A stretch of DNA of 52,436 nt from positions 1 to 52,436 of the forward strand of contig JBBRKD010000001.1 of assembly GCA_038218255.1 (NCBI GenBank), given 5' to 3'. The stretch comes from Hyphomicrobiales bacterium (GTDB lineage: Bacteria > Pseudomonadota > Alphaproteobacteria > Rhizobiales > Hyphomicrobiaceae). Of this stretch, positions 1 through 11,099 are shown piece by piece (the stretch's first letter is position 1; the number at the start of each line of letters is the position of its first letter). The position numbers were made by a program, and so were the translations under genes. The notes under the pieces were generated by a model that saw only the letters and a list, made by a program, of their open reading frames with translations, was not told where the DNA came from and made no database searches.

Positions 1-405
1 CGCATGTAGTACCGCAAGTATGTGAGGTCTCGACGCATGCGGCACACGAGTGGTTAAGTCTGTCTCGTACGCATGAATTTTGGCACGGACCTGATCGGTT
101 AAAGCTTGACCGGCTGGTGTTAGCACCAAACCGTGCGACCGCCCGTCAAGACGTTCGCGATCAAACAATCCGCGTTCGGCGAGCCGCGCGGTAAGTGGTG
201 TCATATTTGCGCGCTGAATGTCCAAGATACGACCCAATTCGCTTTGGGTGATGCCTCGGTTCGCCGCGACCAACATGAGGATTGAGGCATCGGTTGGACG
301 CAAATCGAACGGGGCCAGCCAGTTGCAAAGTTCGGCATGAACGGCTGCAGACGCACGGCGAAGCGCATAACCGGGCAGGGATTTCAGCGGGTCAATCACG
401 CGCAT
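1..405 (-). CDS. MarR-family transcriptional regulator (3' end runs off the left edge of the window)
   Basis: The reverse-strand frame starts at ATG 405-403. It reads MRVIDPLKSLPGYALRRASAAVHAELCNWLAPFDLRPTDASILMLVAANRGITQSELGRILDIQRANMTPLTARLAERGLFDRERLDGRSHGLVLTPAGQAL..., a typical MarR winged helix. The frame stays open to base 1, so it is absent from the ORF track. It is divergent from the vdh/ech pair. Confidence 0.8.
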   Translation of the reverse strand, partial: MRVIDPLKSLPGYALRRASAAVHAELCNWLAPFDLRPTDASILMLVAANRGITQSELGRILDIQRANMTPLTARLAERGLFDRERLDGRSHGLVLTPAGQALTDQVRAKIHAYETDLTTRVPHASRPHILAVLHA

Positions 406-417
406 CGGGTAACGAAA

Positions 418-447
418 GCTATTGAACATAGCAAATTGAACTGCTAT
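418..447. promoter_or_regulatory. Candidate MarR operator: overlapping palindromes in the divergent promoter
   Basis: The AT-rich intergenic stretch contains GCTAT-tgaac-ATAGC (418-432) and ATAGCA-aattgaac-TGCTAT (428-447). It also contains a direct repeat ATTGAAC at 421-427 and 435-441. The site lies between the MarR start (405) and the aldehyde dehydrogenase start (475). Confidence 0.45.
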
Positions 448-474
448 AAATTATAACATAAAGGGAGAAGCACT

Positions 475-1872
475 TTGACGTTCAGGCGATGCAATCCGAT
501 TACTGGCGAAGTGGCAAGTACCACAATTGCAATGCAGGCGGGGGACATTCCCGCGATTGCGCAGCGCGCGGCGGCTGCGTTTTCTAGCTGGGCAGCTACG
601 GGGCCAAATGCGCGGCGCGCGGTGCTAATGAAGGCAGCGGATGCGCTGATGGCACGCAAGGATGATTTCGTCGCGTCCATGATGGGTGAAATTGGTGCGA
701 CGGAAGGTTGGGCAATATTCAACCTTACACTCGCCGTCAGCATGGTGCGTGAGGCGGCTGCCCTCACAACCCAAATTGCGGGCGAAGTGATCCCGTCAGA
801 CAAGCCCGGCTGCTTGGCGATGGCGTTGCGCGAACCTGTCGGCGTTATCCTAGGGATTGCGCCGTGGAATGCGCCCATCATCCTTGGCGTCCGCGCTATC
901 GCCGTGCCGCTTGCGTGCGGTAACGCGGTTATCCTTAAGGCATCGGAGATTTCGCCGCGAACGCACTCGTTGATCATAGAGGCGTTTGCAGAAGCTGGCT
1001 TTCCCGCAGGTGTCGTCAATGTCGTGACCAACGCACCGGAGGACGCCGCCGATGTCGTTGGCGCGCTAGTCGACGCGCCGGAAGTGAAGCGGATCAACTT
1101 TACCGGTTCGACAGCGGTCGGGCGCATCATCGCGAAGCGCGCAGCCGAACACATCAAACCCTGCCTCCTCGAACTTGGCGGCAAGGCACCCTTGCTCGTG
1201 CTTGAAGACGCCGATCTTGATGAAGCGGTCAAGGCCGCCGCCTTTGGCGCGTTCATGAACCAAGGCCAGATCTGCATGTCAACCGAACGGATCATTGTCG
1301 TCGAGGTCGTGGCAGACGCCTTCGCCGCCAAATTCGCCGAGAAAGTGAACAGTTTGGCGACTGGTGATCCGCGCGAGGGCAAAACACCTTTGGGCGCCGT
1401 CGTCGATCAGAAAACCGTCAGTCATGTCAACGCGCTCATCGACGATGCGCTGATCAAGGGGGCCACGGTTTTGTCGGGCGGCAAATGCGATAGCGTTTTA
1501 ATGCCTGCGACCGTCGTCGATAATGTCACGGCCGGGATGAGCATTTATCGCGATGAGAGTTTTGGGCCAGTCACGGCCATGATCCGCGCCCGGGACGAGG
1601 ACGACGCAATTCGTATCGCGAACGACAGCGACTATGGTTTATCGGCGGCAGTCTTTACACGCGATATTTCTCGCGGGCTGGCCGTTGCGCGCCAGATCAA
1701 ATCCGGCATGTGCCACATCAACGGCCCGACTGTTCATGACGAGGCGCAAATGCCCTTCGGCGGCGTCGGGGCTTCGGGCTATGGGCGGTTCGGTGGCAAG
1801 GCCGGCATCGACAGCTTCACCGAACTCCGCTGGATCACTATCGAGACCCAGCCCGGCCATTACCCCATTTAA
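475..1872 (+). CDS. vdh: NAD(P)-dependent aromatic aldehyde dehydrogenase, vanillin/benzaldehyde dehydrogenase-like
   Basis: 465-aa ORF with a TTG start, 6 nt after the GGGAGA Shine-Dalgarno. It carries ALDH hallmarks: FTGSTAVG, the catalytic Glu in LELGGKAP and the catalytic Cys in NQGQICMSTER. It sits immediately upstream of ech. The gene symbol rests on context only. Confidence 0.85.
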   Translation: MTFRRCNPITGEVASTTIAMQAGDIPAIAQRAAAAFSSWAATGPNARRAVLMKAADALMARKDDFVASMMGEIGATEGWAIFNLTLAVSMVREAAALTTQIAGEVIPSDKPGCLAMALREPVGVILGIAPWNAPIILGVRAIAVPLACGNAVILKASEISPRTHSLIIEAFAEAGFPAGVVNVVTNAPEDAADVVGALVDAPEVKRINFTGSTAVGRIIAKRAAEHIKPCLLELGGKAPLLVLEDADLDEAVKAAAFGAFMNQGQICMSTERIIVVEVVADAFAAKFAEKVNSLATGDPREGKTPLGAVVDQKTVSHVNALIDDALIKGATVLSGGKCDSVLMPATVVDNVTAGMSIYRDESFGPVTAMIRARDEDDAIRIANDSDYGLSAAVFTRDISRGLAVARQIKSGMCHINGPTVHDEAQMPFGGVGASGYGRFGGKAGIDSFTELRWITIETQPGHYPI

Positions 1873-1883
1873 GGATGTCGCAC

Positions 1884-2720
1884 ATGACGACCGAACGCAG
1901 TGAAGCCGACACCGTTTTCTTCGAAATTCGCGACGGCGTGGCATGGGTGAAGTTTAATCGCCCGGAGAAACGTAATTGCATGTCGCCAAAGCTTAACCGC
2001 CGGATGGGGGAAGTGCTCGACGAACTCGAGTATCGTGACGACGTCTCGGTGCTCGTCCTGTCGGGCGAAGGCACAGCGTGGTCAGCGGGGATGGATTTGA
2101 AGGAGTATTTCCGCGACACTGAAGCCAAAGGGCTGGGCGCGACTCGCGGGGTGCAGCGCGAAGCTTATGGCTGGTGGCGGCGGCTGCGCTGGTATCACAA
2201 ACCGACGGTAGCCATGGTCAATGGCTGGTGCTTTGGCGGTGGCTATGGCCCGCTGTTTGCGTGCGATCTCGCCTTTTGCGCCGATGATGCGCAGTTCGGC
2301 CTCTCTGAAATCAACTGGGGTATTCTGCCGGGCGGCGGCGCATCAAAAGTGGCGGTCGAACTAATGAGTTTTCGCCGGGCAATGTATCACGCGATGATGG
2401 GTGAGAATATCGATGGCCAGACGGCAGCCCAATGGGGCCTGGTCAACGAATCACTGCCCGCAGACAGACTTGCAGCGCGCGTTGCAGAGGTTACGCAGGT
2501 CCTAGCGAAAAAGAATCCTGTGGCGCTCAAAGCGACAAAGGATGCCATTCGGCGCGTGCGTGAGATGACATATGATAACGCCGAGGATTTCCTGATCCGT
2601 GCTCAAGAAGCAGCGAACAGTTATGACAACGACGGGCGAAAAGAAGGGATCAGGCAATTTATCGACGAGAAAAGCTACAAGCCGGGATTGGGCACGTATG
2701 ATGCGTCCAAACTCGGCTGA
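1884..2720 (+). CDS. ech: Hydroxycinnamoyl-CoA (feruloyl-CoA) hydratase/lyase, crotonase superfamily
   Basis: Matches my recollection of Pseudomonas fluorescens HCHL: NRPEKRN, WSAGMDLKEYFR, KPTVAMVNGWCFGGG, FGLSEINWGI and KSYKPGL. The ORF track starts at 1875. ATG 1884 has an AGGA Shine-Dalgarno at good spacing and puts NRPEKRN at the same residue number as in HCHL. Confidence 0.9.
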   Translation: MTTERSEADTVFFEIRDGVAWVKFNRPEKRNCMSPKLNRRMGEVLDELEYRDDVSVLVLSGEGTAWSAGMDLKEYFRDTEAKGLGATRGVQREAYGWWRRLRWYHKPTVAMVNGWCFGGGYGPLFACDLAFCADDAQFGLSEINWGILPGGGASKVAVELMSFRRAMYHAMMGENIDGQTAAQWGLVNESLPADRLAARVAEVTQVLAKKNPVALKATKDAIRRVREMTYDNAEDFLIRAQEAANSYDNDGRKEGIRQFIDEKSYKPGLGTYDASKLG

Positions 2721-2744
2721 ACCGCGATTTTCCGGCGCGCCGAG

Positions 2745-3965
<1,221 letters not shown>

Positions 3966-3978
3966 CGGGCAATCTCCT

Positions 3979-4377
3979 TTAATCAGCGATGACGGCAGTG
4001 GTTTCAATTTCAATCAAGGCCGCGGCTTCAACGAGGCAGGTGACGCCAACGACGGCCATCGCGGGGAAATTTTTGCCGATGGTGTCCCGCCAGATGGTAC
4101 CGATTATCGGCAGACTATCACGGTAAGCGGTCATGTCGGTTACATACCATGTCATCCGGACGATGTGTTCGGGCGTCGCGTTTGCTTCGGCGAGAACAGT
4201 GACTGTATTGGCCAGACATTGATGCAATTGTGCCGCCAACCCATCCGAAAAGGTGCCTGTCGCATCCCACCCGACGACGCCGCCGGTCCATATCGTCGTT
4301 CCCCGCGCAAGGATGCCGTTCGCATAACCTTTCGGACGTGGCCAACCGGGAGGAAGGAGGGCGCGGTGGACGGTCAC
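3979..4377 (-). CDS. RidA/YjgF/L-PSP family protein (reactive enamine/imine deaminase fold)
   Basis: 132 aa, with [24 protein letters not shown] and a C-terminal LIEIETTAV typical of the family. The GTG start overlaps the upstream acyl-CoA dehydrogenase stop (GTGA at 4374-4377). Confidence 0.8.
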   Translation of the reverse strand: MTVHRALLPPGWPRPKGYANGILARGTTIWTGGVVGWDATGTFSDGLAAQLHQCLANTVTVLAEANATPEHIVRMTWYVTDMTAYRDSLPIIGTIWRDTIGKNFPAMAVVGVTCLVEAAALIEIETTAVIAD

Positions 4378-5546
4378 GCGGCGCAGACTTTCAGATGTTC
4401 ACGCGCGATGATCATGCGTTGCACTTCGCTTGCCCCCTCATAGATGCGGAGCGCGCGGACTTCGCGATACAGCGCTTCGACGGCGACGCCGCTGACGACA
4501 CCCAGCCCGCCATGGATTTGGACAGCGGTGTCGATCACGGTCTGCGCGGTTTCGGTTGCATAAAGCTTAGCCATCGCGGCCTCGCGTGTCGGGCGGCGTC
4601 CCTCGACATCGCGAACCCAAGCTGCACGATAAATCAGGAGCGCCGAAGAATCGATCCCAAGCGCCATCTCGCCCAGTTGTGCTTCGACGACAGCGTTCTT
4701 GACCAGCGGCTGGCCGAATAGCACCCGGCTCTGCGCTCGCGACGTCGCTTCTTCGAGCGCACGCCGGGCAAAACCAAGTGCAGCCGCACCAACGGTCGTC
4801 CGAAAGATGTCGAGCGTTGCCATTGCCTGCGCGAACCCCCGTCCTGGTTCGCCTAGTAGCGCATCGGCGGGCAGGCGTGCATCGTCGAAGCGCAATGTGG
4901 CCAAGGGATGCGGCGCGATGACATGAATACGCTCGGCAATGGACAGGCCAGCCGTGTCAGCATCGACGATAAACGCGCTAATCCCTTTTGCGCCCGGTGC
5001 TTCACCGGTCCGCGCGAACAGAACATAGTGATCAGCAATGCCGCCATTTGAAATATAGGTCTTCGCCCCGTTTACTGACCAGCCGTTGCCTGCTGGCGTC
5101 GCGGTTGTAGTCATGGCTGCAGCGTCCGATCCGCTATCGAGCTCGGTCAGTGCGAAGGCAGCGATGCGGGTGCCGTCGGCGACGCCGGGCAGGTATTTTG
5201 CCTTTTGCGCGTCGGAGCCAAAGAGGCTGATCGTGCCAGATCCCAACCCCTGCATCGCGAATACGAAATCGGCCAGGCCATTGTGCCTCGCCAGCGTCTC
5301 GCGGATAATGCTTAACGATCGAACATCGAGCGTGTCATGCATGCCGCCCCAAGCGCGTGGGACGGCATAGCGCAGCCAGCCGCCGTCGCCCAATTGTCTC
5401 ACGAGCGTGCGGCAGGCCGCATCAACGTCGTGGTCGTGATGCTGATCGGCCAATCGCTGTTCAATGCACCATGCGTCGAGATCAGCGGCTAGAGCACGGT
5501 GGTGATCGTCGAAGAACGGCCAATCGAGAAATGTCTTATCCGTCAT
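4374..5546 (-). CDS. Acyl-CoA dehydrogenase family protein
   Basis: Acyl-CoA dehydrogenase blocks are present: [38 protein letters not shown] and [16 protein letters not shown] trimmed the start to ATG 5546 ([14 protein letters not shown]). That ATG shares one base with the crotonase TGA stop. Confidence 0.85.
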   Translation of the reverse strand: MTDKTFLDWPFFDDHHRALAADLDAWCIEQRLADQHHDHDVDAACRTLVRQLGDGGWLRYAVPRAWGGMHDTLDVRSLSIIRETLARHNGLADFVFAMQGLGSGTISLFGSDAQKAKYLPGVADGTRIAAFALTELDSGSDAAAMTTTATPAGNGWSVNGAKTYISNGGIADHYVLFARTGEAPGAKGISAFIVDADTAGLSIAERIHVIAPHPLATLRFDDARLPADALLGEPGRGFAQAMATLDIFRTTVGAAALGFARRALEEATSRAQSRVLFGQPLVKNAVVEAQLGEMALGIDSSALLIYRAAWVRDVEGRRPTREAAMAKLYATETAQTVIDTAVQIHGGLGVVSGVAVEALYREVRALRIYEGASEVQRMIIAREHLKVCAA

Positions 5547-6352
5547 CAGTTGCCCTCGAATTTCGGCGACCGCTTTGCCGCAAAGGCATCGAAAGCGCGA
5601 GTGAAGTCCTGCGTTTGCATGCAGATCGCCTGCGCCTGCGCTTCCATCTCGATGGCGACGTCGAGGCTGACTGCCCATTCGGTGTTAAGTTGAGTCTTGG
5701 TGATGCCATGCGCGAATGTCGGCCCGGTCGCGAGCGCTGTTGCGATAGCGTGCGCCTCGGCGAGCACATCGCCGTCCACCAAGCGATTGAAGAACCCCCA
5801 GCGTTCGCCTTCATCCGTGGTCATGACGCGACCGGTGTAAAGAAGCTCAGCTGCGCGCCCTTGACCAATAAGGCGTGGCAAAATTGCACAGGCGCCCATG
5901 TCGCAACCGGCAAGGCCGACACGCGTAAACAGAAACGCCGTCTTTGCTATCGGTGTCGCGAGGCGGAGGTCGCTCGCCATCGCAAGAATGGCACCGGCAC
6001 CAACGCACACGCCATCGATTGCGGCGATAATCGGCTGCGGACAGGCGCGCATCGCTTTTACAAGGTCGCCGGTCATCCGCGTAAACGCGAGCAGGTCAGG
6101 CATTGCCATTTTGGTGAGCGGGCCGATGATCTCGTGAACGTCACCGCCCGAACAGAAATTACCTCCGGCACCGGTAAGGATCACGACTTTTACGGTCGGC
6201 ATATAAACGAGGTCGCGAAACAGGTCGCGCAACTCGGCATAGCTGTCAAACGTCAACGGGTTTTTCATAGCCGGGCGGTTGATCGTCACGGTGGCGACAC
6301 CATCGTCGAAGGCCCAACCGAAGTGGGTGGGCGCAAAAGTTTCAGGCATCAT
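5546..6352 (-). CDS. Enoyl-CoA hydratase/isomerase (crotonase) family protein
   Basis: 268 aa with [13 protein letters not shown], the oxyanion-hole region [12 protein letters not shown] and [19 protein letters not shown]. The start overlaps the 3' end of the MarR gene. Confidence 0.85.
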   Translation of the reverse strand: MMPETFAPTHFGWAFDDGVATVTINRPAMKNPLTFDSYAELRDLFRDLVYMPTVKVVILTGAGGNFCSGGDVHEIIGPLTKMAMPDLLAFTRMTGDLVKAMRACPQPIIAAIDGVCVGAGAILAMASDLRLATPIAKTAFLFTRVGLAGCDMGACAILPRLIGQGRAAELLYTGRVMTTDEGERWGFFNRLVDGDVLAEAHAIATALATGPTFAHGITKTQLNTEWAVSLDVAIEMEAQAQAICMQTQDFTRAFDAFAAKRSPKFEGN

Positions 6353-6836
6353 TGGTGTCCTCTCCGGCGATCGATAGTTTCAAGGCACCAAGCAGATCGA
6401 ACAAGATTTCGCGCTGTTGCCGACTGAGGCCCGTCATCATCGCGTCGATCCAATCGTGATGCGCTTCTGCCATTGTTGCAAAATGCGTTGCACCAAACGG
6501 CGTCAGGCGCACAATTGACGCACGTCGATCGGACGGCGATGGCGACATCGCGACATGGCCGTCGCGTTCAAGCAGCCTGACGAGGGCTGTCACATTACCG
6601 TTGGAAACCAGCAGTGACGAAGAAAGCGCACCCATCGTCATGCCATCGGGATGCCGATCTAATGCTGCGAGCACATCGAAACGCGGCAGCGTTGCGTCGA
6701 ACTGCTCGGTCAGACGGCGCTTCACACGCTTTTCGATGACCATCGTGCAGGACAGCAGCCGTAGCCAAAGCCGCAGATTCATATGCTCGCCCAACGCACC
6801 ATCGTGCTTTTCACGGATTGTCGTCGCCAGCTTCAC
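6342..6836 (-). CDS. MarR-family transcriptional regulator embedded in the operon
   Basis: Winged-HTH core [59 protein letters not shown]. The GTG at 6836 overlaps the SDR stop (GTGA). ATG at 6782 is an alternative start. The track's 6905 start would lie inside the SDR gene. Confidence 0.75.
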   Translation of the reverse strand: MKLATTIREKHDGALGEHMNLRLWLRLLSCTMVIEKRVKRRLTEQFDATLPRFDVLAALDRHPDGMTMGALSSSLLVSNGNVTALVRLLERDGHVAMSPSPSDRRASIVRLTPFGATHFATMAEAHHDWIDAMMTGLSRQQREILFDLLGALKLSIAGEDTNDA

Positions 6837-7585
6837 ATTATTTCTCCACCGGCGACGACGATGGCTTGGCCTGTGATCGACCGGTTCTCTGGACGGCAAA
6901 GCCATACGACTGCCGAAGCAACTTCCATCGGGTCGATGAGCCGACCCTGTGGATTGAATTGTACGAGCGCGGCGCGTCCGTCTTTCCCCGTCGCGGCTTC
7001 GATTTTGGCGATGGCATGATCGACAATCGCCGTCTCGGTAAAGCCGGGGCAGACAGCGTTGACAGTTATCGCGGTTGAGGCCAACTCGACCGCAAGAGCT
7101 CGGGTCAGTCCGATTGCGCCGTGTTTTGCCGCGACGTAGGCGGCTGTATACGCATAGCCTTTGAGCCCGGCGGTGCTGGCGATCGTCACGATACGACCGG
7201 CGGAGGATTGCTTGAGATCAGATAGCGCTGATTGAATGCAATGAAACACTCCATCGACGTTGACGGCCATCGTTGCGCGCCACGCCTCATTGGTCGTCCG
7301 ATGGAACGGCGCCGTCGATGCAGCCCCTGCATTGTTGATGAGAATGCTGATCGGCCCATGCACGCGCCGTGCCCCTGAAAATGCCGAGTCAACGCTGGCC
7401 AAGTCTGTAACGTCGACGATTTCGGTATGCGCGGCAGGTAGAGTTTCAGCAACCTCACGCAGCATCGCGTCACGTCGCCCCATCAGGGTGAGTTTCGCGC
7501 CTTCGGCCGAAAGCGCACGCGCAATCGCGGCACCAATTCCCGTGCCGCCGCCGGTGACAACCGCATGGACACCAGCAAGCGTCAC
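6833..7585 (-). CDS. Short-chain dehydrogenase/reductase (3-hydroxyacyl-CoA dehydrogenase-like)
   Basis: 250 aa with TGGGTGIG Rossmann, NNAG and the YxxxK motif in [13 protein letters not shown]. The GTG start overlaps the stop of the upstream 767-aa gene (GTGA at 7582-7585). Confidence 0.85.
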   Translation of the reverse strand: MTLAGVHAVVTGGGTGIGAAIARALSAEGAKLTLMGRRDAMLREVAETLPAAHTEIVDVTDLASVDSAFSGARRVHGPISILINNAGAASTAPFHRTTNEAWRATMAVNVDGVFHCIQSALSDLKQSSAGRIVTIASTAGLKGYAYTAAYVAAKHGAIGLTRALAVELASTAITVNAVCPGFTETAIVDHAIAKIEAATGKDGRAALVQFNPQGRLIDPMEVASAVVWLCRPENRSITGQAIVVAGGEIM

Positions 7586-9885
7586 GCTTTTAGAGCCGCT
7601 GCCGTTTCAGCTGCACGTTTCAGGTTGCGTCCGAGTTGCGCCTGTCCGGCAAGATAGGGTGGTGGCACAGTTATGTCGCGATAATCCTGCTCAGCGGCAG
7701 CGCGCAAACTCCACATCGGGTCGACGAGATGCGGGCGACCGATTGCGACAAGGTCAGCACGCCCGGCGAGGATTGCCGAATTGACGTGATCGGTTTCGAA
7801 GAAGTTGCCAACCGCCATTGTCGCGGCCTTTACCTCGTTACGAATCTGGTCGGCAAATGGTGTCTGGAACATCCGGCCGTAGATCGGCTTTGCCTCTGCC
7901 CAAGTCTGGCCAGCTGACACGTCAATCAGGTCAGCGCCGGCCTGGGAAAATGCGCGAGCGATTTCGACGGCTTCGTCAGGTGTAACGCCGTCGTCACCCA
8001 TCCAGTCGTTCGCTGAAATACGCACTGACATCGGTCGTTCGGCGGGCCACGCCACACGCATTGCCGCAAAAACTTCGAGGGGATAACGTAAGCGATTTTC
8101 AAGAACGCCGCCGTATTCGTCCGTGCGCCGGTTGTGCAGCGGTGTGATGAAACTGGAGAGCAGGTAGCCGTGCGCAGCGTGAAGCTCGATCATGTCGAAG
8201 CCAGCCTCGACCGCGCGAAGAGTTGCGGCGACGAACTGATTCCGCACTATGTCCATGTCCGCACGTGTCATCGCGGTTGGCTCAGCATTGCCATCAGACC
8301 AGCGAACATCGGAGGCAGACATCAGCGGCCAGTTGCCGTCCTTGAGCGGTGCGTCCATGCCCTCCCAACCGCGCCCCGTCGAGCCTTTGGGGCCGCTATG
8401 CCCAAGCTGCAGGCAGAATTTTGCATCGCTGTTGGCATGGACGAAATCGACGACGCGCTTCCATGCTTTTACGTGGGTGGGATCATACATGCCAGGGCAC
8501 CCCGGGGAGATGCGCCCCTCTGCTGAAACGCAGGTCATTTCGGTGTATAGCAAACCGGCACCGCCCTGCGCACGTGTTCCATAATGAACCAAGTGAAAGT
8601 CGTTTGGCGTTCCCGCTTCGGCCATGTAGGTTGCCATGGGCGAGACGACGACGCGATTGACGATTGCCATCTCGCGCAATTTGAACGGCGCAAACATCGG
8701 TGGCGCAGCGCGATTGACCGGGGCACCGCTTGCTTTCGATAAGAACCAGCGTTCAACGCTTTCCAACCAATTCGGATCGCGGAGCCTCAGGTTTTCATGA
8801 CTGACCCGCTGCGACCGTGTGAGCAAAGCATAAGTGAATTGCAACGGATCGAAATCGAGATAGCGGTCGAGCGTTTCGAACCATTCGGTCGAATTGCGCG
8901 CCGAATTCTGAAGTTTAAGGACTTCGACCGATCGTTCGGCCTGATATTCAGCAAGAGCGTCTTGCCGCGATAGGCCGGGGCGATTGAGTACTTCGGCTAA
9001 CTTGATCGCATCTTCGAGCGCGAGCTTGGTGCCCGACCCGATCGAGAAATGTGCCGTATGCGCTGCGTCGCCAAGCAGGATAAGTTTGTCGTAAGCCCAT
9101 TGTTCGCACAGCACGCGCCGGAAATTCATCCATGCCGCCGATCCAATCAGGTGCTTGGCATTCGACATGAGTGGATGCCCGTCGAGATCGTCAGCGAAAA
9201 TCGCCTCACACGCTTTCGCGGTCGTCTCTTGATCCATCGTATCGAAGCCGAGCCCCGCCCAAGTGGCTTCCGAACACTCCACAATGAATGTCGAAAGTGC
9301 ATCCTCGAACCGGTAGGCGTGCATCCAAATCCAGCCGTGCGCAGTCTGCTTGAAGCTGAACGTGAACGCTTCGAAATTCTTGGTCGTGCCGAGCCAGACG
9401 AACTTGTTCGCTCGGGTCTGGATGTCGGGCTTGAAATGGTCGGCATAGCGCGTTCGCAACCGGCTGTTCACGCCGTCGGCGGCAATGACCAAATCATAGT
9501 CGGCGTAGTCGGCTAGATCGTCACCAAACTCATGCTCAAAATGAAGATTAGCGCCAAGCTCGCGCGCGCGGTCCTGGAGGATGGCAAGCATTCGCTTGCG
9601 GCCGATCCCGATGAACCCGTGACCCGACGATCGGACCGCCTCGCCACGGATCTTCACTTCAATATCATCCCAATGTGCGAACTCCGACGAAATAGTTTCG
9701 GCACTGACAGGATCATTGATGCGCAGATTATCGACCGTCTGATCTGAAAACACGACGCCCCAGCCAAAGGTGTCATTGGCCTTGTTACGTTCGAAAATAT
9801 CAATGTCGTGCGATGGATTACGCAACTTCATCGATATTGCGAAATAAAGACCCGCGGGCCCGCCGCCCAAACATGCGATGCGCAT
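7582..9885 (-). CDS. Bifunctional aryl-CoA monooxygenase/reductase: FAD aromatic hydroxylase fused to an Old Yellow Enzyme-type FMN reductase (2-aminobenzoyl-CoA monooxygenase-reductase / salicylyl-CoA 5-hydroxylase family)
   Basis: The N-terminal half has [19 protein letters not shown] and [22 protein letters not shown], the group A flavin monooxygenase motifs. The C-terminal half has [20 protein letters not shown] and [27 protein letters not shown], the OYE motifs. I trimmed the start to ATG 9885, which has a GGAGG Shine-Dalgarno 5 nt upstream. Confidence 0.85.
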   Translation of the reverse strand: MRIACLGGGPAGLYFAISMKLRNPSHDIDIFERNKANDTFGWGVVFSDQTVDNLRINDPVSAETISSEFAHWDDIEVKIRGEAVRSSGHGFIGIGRKRMLAILQDRARELGANLHFEHEFGDDLADYADYDLVIAADGVNSRLRTRYADHFKPDIQTRANKFVWLGTTKNFEAFTFSFKQTAHGWIWMHAYRFEDALSTFIVECSEATWAGLGFDTMDQETTAKACEAIFADDLDGHPLMSNAKHLIGSAAWMNFRRVLCEQWAYDKLILLGDAAHTAHFSIGSGTKLALEDAIKLAEVLNRPGLSRQDALAEYQAERSVEVLKLQNSARNSTEWFETLDRYLDFDPLQFTYALLTRSQRVSHENLRLRDPNWLESVERWFLSKASGAPVNRAAPPMFAPFKLREMAIVNRVVVSPMATYMAEAGTPNDFHLVHYGTRAQGGAGLLYTEMTCVSAEGRISPGCPGMYDPTHVKAWKRVVDFVHANSDAKFCLQLGHSGPKGSTGRGWEGMDAPLKDGNWPLMSASDVRWSDGNAEPTAMTRADMDIVRNQFVAATLRAVEAGFDMIELHAAHGYLLSSFITPLHNRRTDEYGGVLENRLRYPLEVFAAMRVAWPAERPMSVRISANDWMGDDGVTPDEAVEIARAFSQAGADLIDVSAGQTWAEAKPIYGRMFQTPFADQIRNEVKAATMAVGNFFETDHVNSAILAGRADLVAIGRPHLVDPMWSLRAAAEQDYRDITVPPPYLAGQAQLGRNLKRAAETAAALKA

Positions 9886-9935
9886 TACCACCTCCGATTT
9901 AGATGTTTTAAGCCTGAAGCAATCTATCGAAGAAT

Positions 9936-10934
9936 TCAACCCTTGATCTGCGCGATCATCGAATCAAAATCTTCGGCATGCCAAATATCGGATATCCGCC
10001 CATCCTCGCGGATGCGAATAACGTCCATGCCATTGATCTTGAAAGTTTTTCCCCGTGCGGCGATGCCCATCAGCGGCGCGCCAGTATGCGTGCCGCACAT
10101 GACCCAACGATCAACGGCATAGTCACCGTCAACCAGATAGCGCTTGATCGACATGCGCAAATCGGGAACTGATTGTCGCAGCCACCCCAATACGTCGACA
10201 ATGCCATTGATGCCCGGACGCTGGTTGGGGGCAGGATTGTGATCGACCACGTCAGGGGCATAAAGTTGATAGGCGAGGGCGACATTACCCTTGGCCCATA
10301 TCTCCTCGATATGGCGGCGCGCGATGCCAAGATTGCGTCGTTCTGTTGAATTGAGGAGCGCATCCGGAGGGACGGCCGCATCGGCACCCGGATTATAGGG
10401 CCCTTTTTCGATCGCGAGCACGGTTGGCCCAGCGTCCGGTTTCCCGAAAGTCACCGGATCAAGCCCCATCTGCTGTCGCAACTGCAGTATCTCCTCGACA
10501 TGCCAGAGGTCGACGATCTTGCCCTTATCGACATGGACCATGTCGATCCCGGAGATGCGGATCGGCTTGCCCGTGGGCAGTGCTCCAAACAATGGACCCG
10601 AATGAGTTGCTGTCATCGTCCAGAAATCGACGCCGTAGTCGCCCTTCGACAACGTCTTGTGCAGCGTCATGCGAATATCGGGTAAGCCGTTGCGGAAATC
10701 GCGGACCACTTGCTTCATAGCCGGAAGCCCGCGTGGTTGGCCGGGGATCGGCATGTGATCGACCACCGTTGTGGCATAGGTTTCATCGATGAGGTCAATT
10801 CTGCCCTTGCCCCATATCTCTTCGATCTGGTTGCGGAGCAGCCGGTCGAAAGACGCGCGCGCGCTCGGGGCGGCAGCCAACGGCGTCGCTATAAATGCGG
10901 TCAGCAATACGGCATTGAGGATATAAATCTTCAC
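9936..10934 (-). CDS. Secreted protein with two tandem SnoaL-like / ester-cyclase (NTF2-fold) domains
   Basis: The N-terminal signal peptide is [27 protein letters not shown]. Residues ~30-160 and ~195-332 align with each other: [54 protein letters not shown] and DLWHVEE/DIWHAED. Confidence 0.8.
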   Translation of the reverse strand: MKIYILNAVLLTAFIATPLAAAPSARASFDRLLRNQIEEIWGKGRIDLIDETYATTVVDHMPIPGQPRGLPAMKQVVRDFRNGLPDIRMTLHKTLSKGDYGVDFWTMTATHSGPLFGALPTGKPIRISGIDMVHVDKGKIVDLWHVEEILQLRQQMGLDPVTFGKPDAGPTVLAIEKGPYNPGADAAVPPDALLNSTERRNLGIARRHIEEIWAKGNVALAYQLYAPDVVDHNPAPNQRPGINGIVDVLGWLRQSVPDLRMSIKRYLVDGDYAVDRWVMCGTHTGAPLMGIAARGKTFKINGMDVIRIREDGRISDIWHAEDFDSMIAQIKG

Positions 10935-11099
10935 GGTCGCAGACCTCTGTAGTCGGCCAATTAATACGCTAGTTGAACCGTGCTAATGACGCGCGCCAAG
11001 CGGCTGCTACGGTTAGTCATGCGCGCGGCCCCCGAAGTTATTATGTGCATTTGCTTCAACCCTGAAACATTAAGGCCAGAAAAATAAGGGGAGAAGTCC

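Noticed and set aside
444-1382. 312-aa ORF antisense to the aldehyde dehydrogenase gene
   Set aside because: It is Ala/Ser/Arg/Thr-rich and low in complexity, as expected for the reverse frame of a high-GC gene. It has no Shine-Dalgarno and no recognisable motifs. The sense-strand ALDH has all the catalytic motifs.
5357-6427. 356-aa plus-strand ORF across the crotonase and acyl-CoA dehydrogenase genes
   Set aside because: It is an Arg-rich antisense artefact that spans two well-supported minus-strand genes and their junction. It has no family resemblance.
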